64,000 nucleotides of DNA from Utricularia gibba (lineage: Eukaryota; Plantae; Magnoliophyta), in contig NEEC01000007.1 in the NCBI GenBank assembly GCA_002189035.1, forward strand, positions 1,054,001 to 1,118,000, given 5' to 3'. Both the position numbers and the translations under genes were made by a program. Positions 63,199 to 64,000 of this stretch are shown one piece after another. The notes beneath the pieces are model-generated. The model worked only from the letters and a program-made list of their open reading frames with translations. It had not been told where the DNA came from and searched no databases. Every line of letters begins with the position of its first letter. Positions within the stretch are counted from its first letter, which is position 1.

Positions 63199-64000
63199 TC
63201 AAACCAAAGCTTCTAGTAGGAGACCGTGCAAACTACCATTGGAAACGATTATTCCACCATGCGGAAATAGCGCCCTTCCCTGAGACCGATCACCTGAGAA
63301 GTCGAGCTTTTTACCTCTCCAGTCACTAACTTTTCCTCCGGCTTCACGAACGCAGACGGCTCCGGCGGCATGATCCCAGACCTACAAGAAGGAAGATGTG
63401 ACAAAGTGCCGTTGCTTCAGTTGAAACCAGAACTTGCTGAGAGAACCAACCGACTTTGATGCTTGTTGCCCACTTGTTACGAAGGATGAAGGCGGAGGAT
63501 CTTCCAGACGCCACCATGAGATATTTACAGAGACTGAGAAACACACAACAAATGGCATCAGTCACAGAGCTCCTTCATCTGGGCTCAATGCAGTTCAAAA
63601 TCTAACCTTCCACAGCAGGTGGGCAAAAGGAGTGGTTGGTTCCTCCTGCCAGCATCCTGAGTCGCATTAAAATGCTTCGAAAGGGGGAAAGACTCCCATC
63701 TTTGGCTTTCTGGAATACAGAATGAGGCTTCATGGATTTGTTGAAACTTGTCAACTGAACATCTGATCCAACTGTTAGCCAAATCAGAATGGGAATGCTG
63801 TTGTGAGCTACTGCTCAACCTCGACATCCAAGTTCCGCAACCAATATGAGATATCGTAATACTTCCGGAGGCGAAAGTGGAATCATTCAGCTCATTATCT
63901 GAACTTTCAGAACACCCGTCTCTCCAATTCGGACACCCCATTACTCCCAGAACAACATCTCCATCAACTACAAGCGCCAAGCCCACCTGTGAAGTTTGAA
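63199..64000 (-). CDS. 3'(2'),5'-bisphosphate nucleotidase / HAL2-like PAP phosphatase, 3' exons only
   Basis: GLALVVDGDVVLGVMGCPNW, PTCCG|SLCKYLMVASG, VWDHAAGAVCVREAGGKVSDWRG...GGIIVSNG. Confidence 0.88.

Noticed and set aside
1-64000. CRISPR arrays, rRNA, tRNA, intact transposase or retrotransposon ORFs
   Set aside because: None recognised by eye in this eukaryotic window; no scan was run.

Overview
Gene-dense eudicot plant nuclear DNA with mostly 70-110 nt introns. A compact-genome species such as a Lentibulariaceae member is possible, but this is an unverified inference. Gene order: AVT1-type amino acid transporter (partial), BORCS8/MEF2BNB-like, DUF4050, SPT5L/KTF1/RDM3, four tandem WSD wax-ester synthase/DGAT copies, membrane-tethered NAC (ANAC053/078 type), histone H2B, phytol kinase VTE5, V-ATPase subunit G, mitochondrial PDH E2 (LTA3 type), DUF455, DUF3475/DUF668, GABA transporter GAT1, DEMETER-family DNA glycosylase, CYP77A, and a HAL2-like PAP phosphatase (partial). 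The most unusual part is about 11.5-28.6 kb, a nested segmental duplication. It amplified WSD together with the 3' end of the RdDM effector SPT5L and an unidentified exon-like relic, and it created a chimeric NAC::SPT5L locus whose breakpoints are readable at microhomologies. WSD copies 1 and 2 are pseudogenes. Copy 3 has an intact ORF but lost its TATA box and a proximal promoter block, and it carries a solo LTR. Copy 4 kept its promoter but lost its last splice acceptor and appears rescuable by a cryptic in-frame AAG. Several single-base losses in G/C runs frameshift SPT5L and LTA3, most likely as systematic assembly errors. Also noted: a start-overlapping uORF in the DUF4050 gene and a spliced non-coding unit converging on the DME-like gene.
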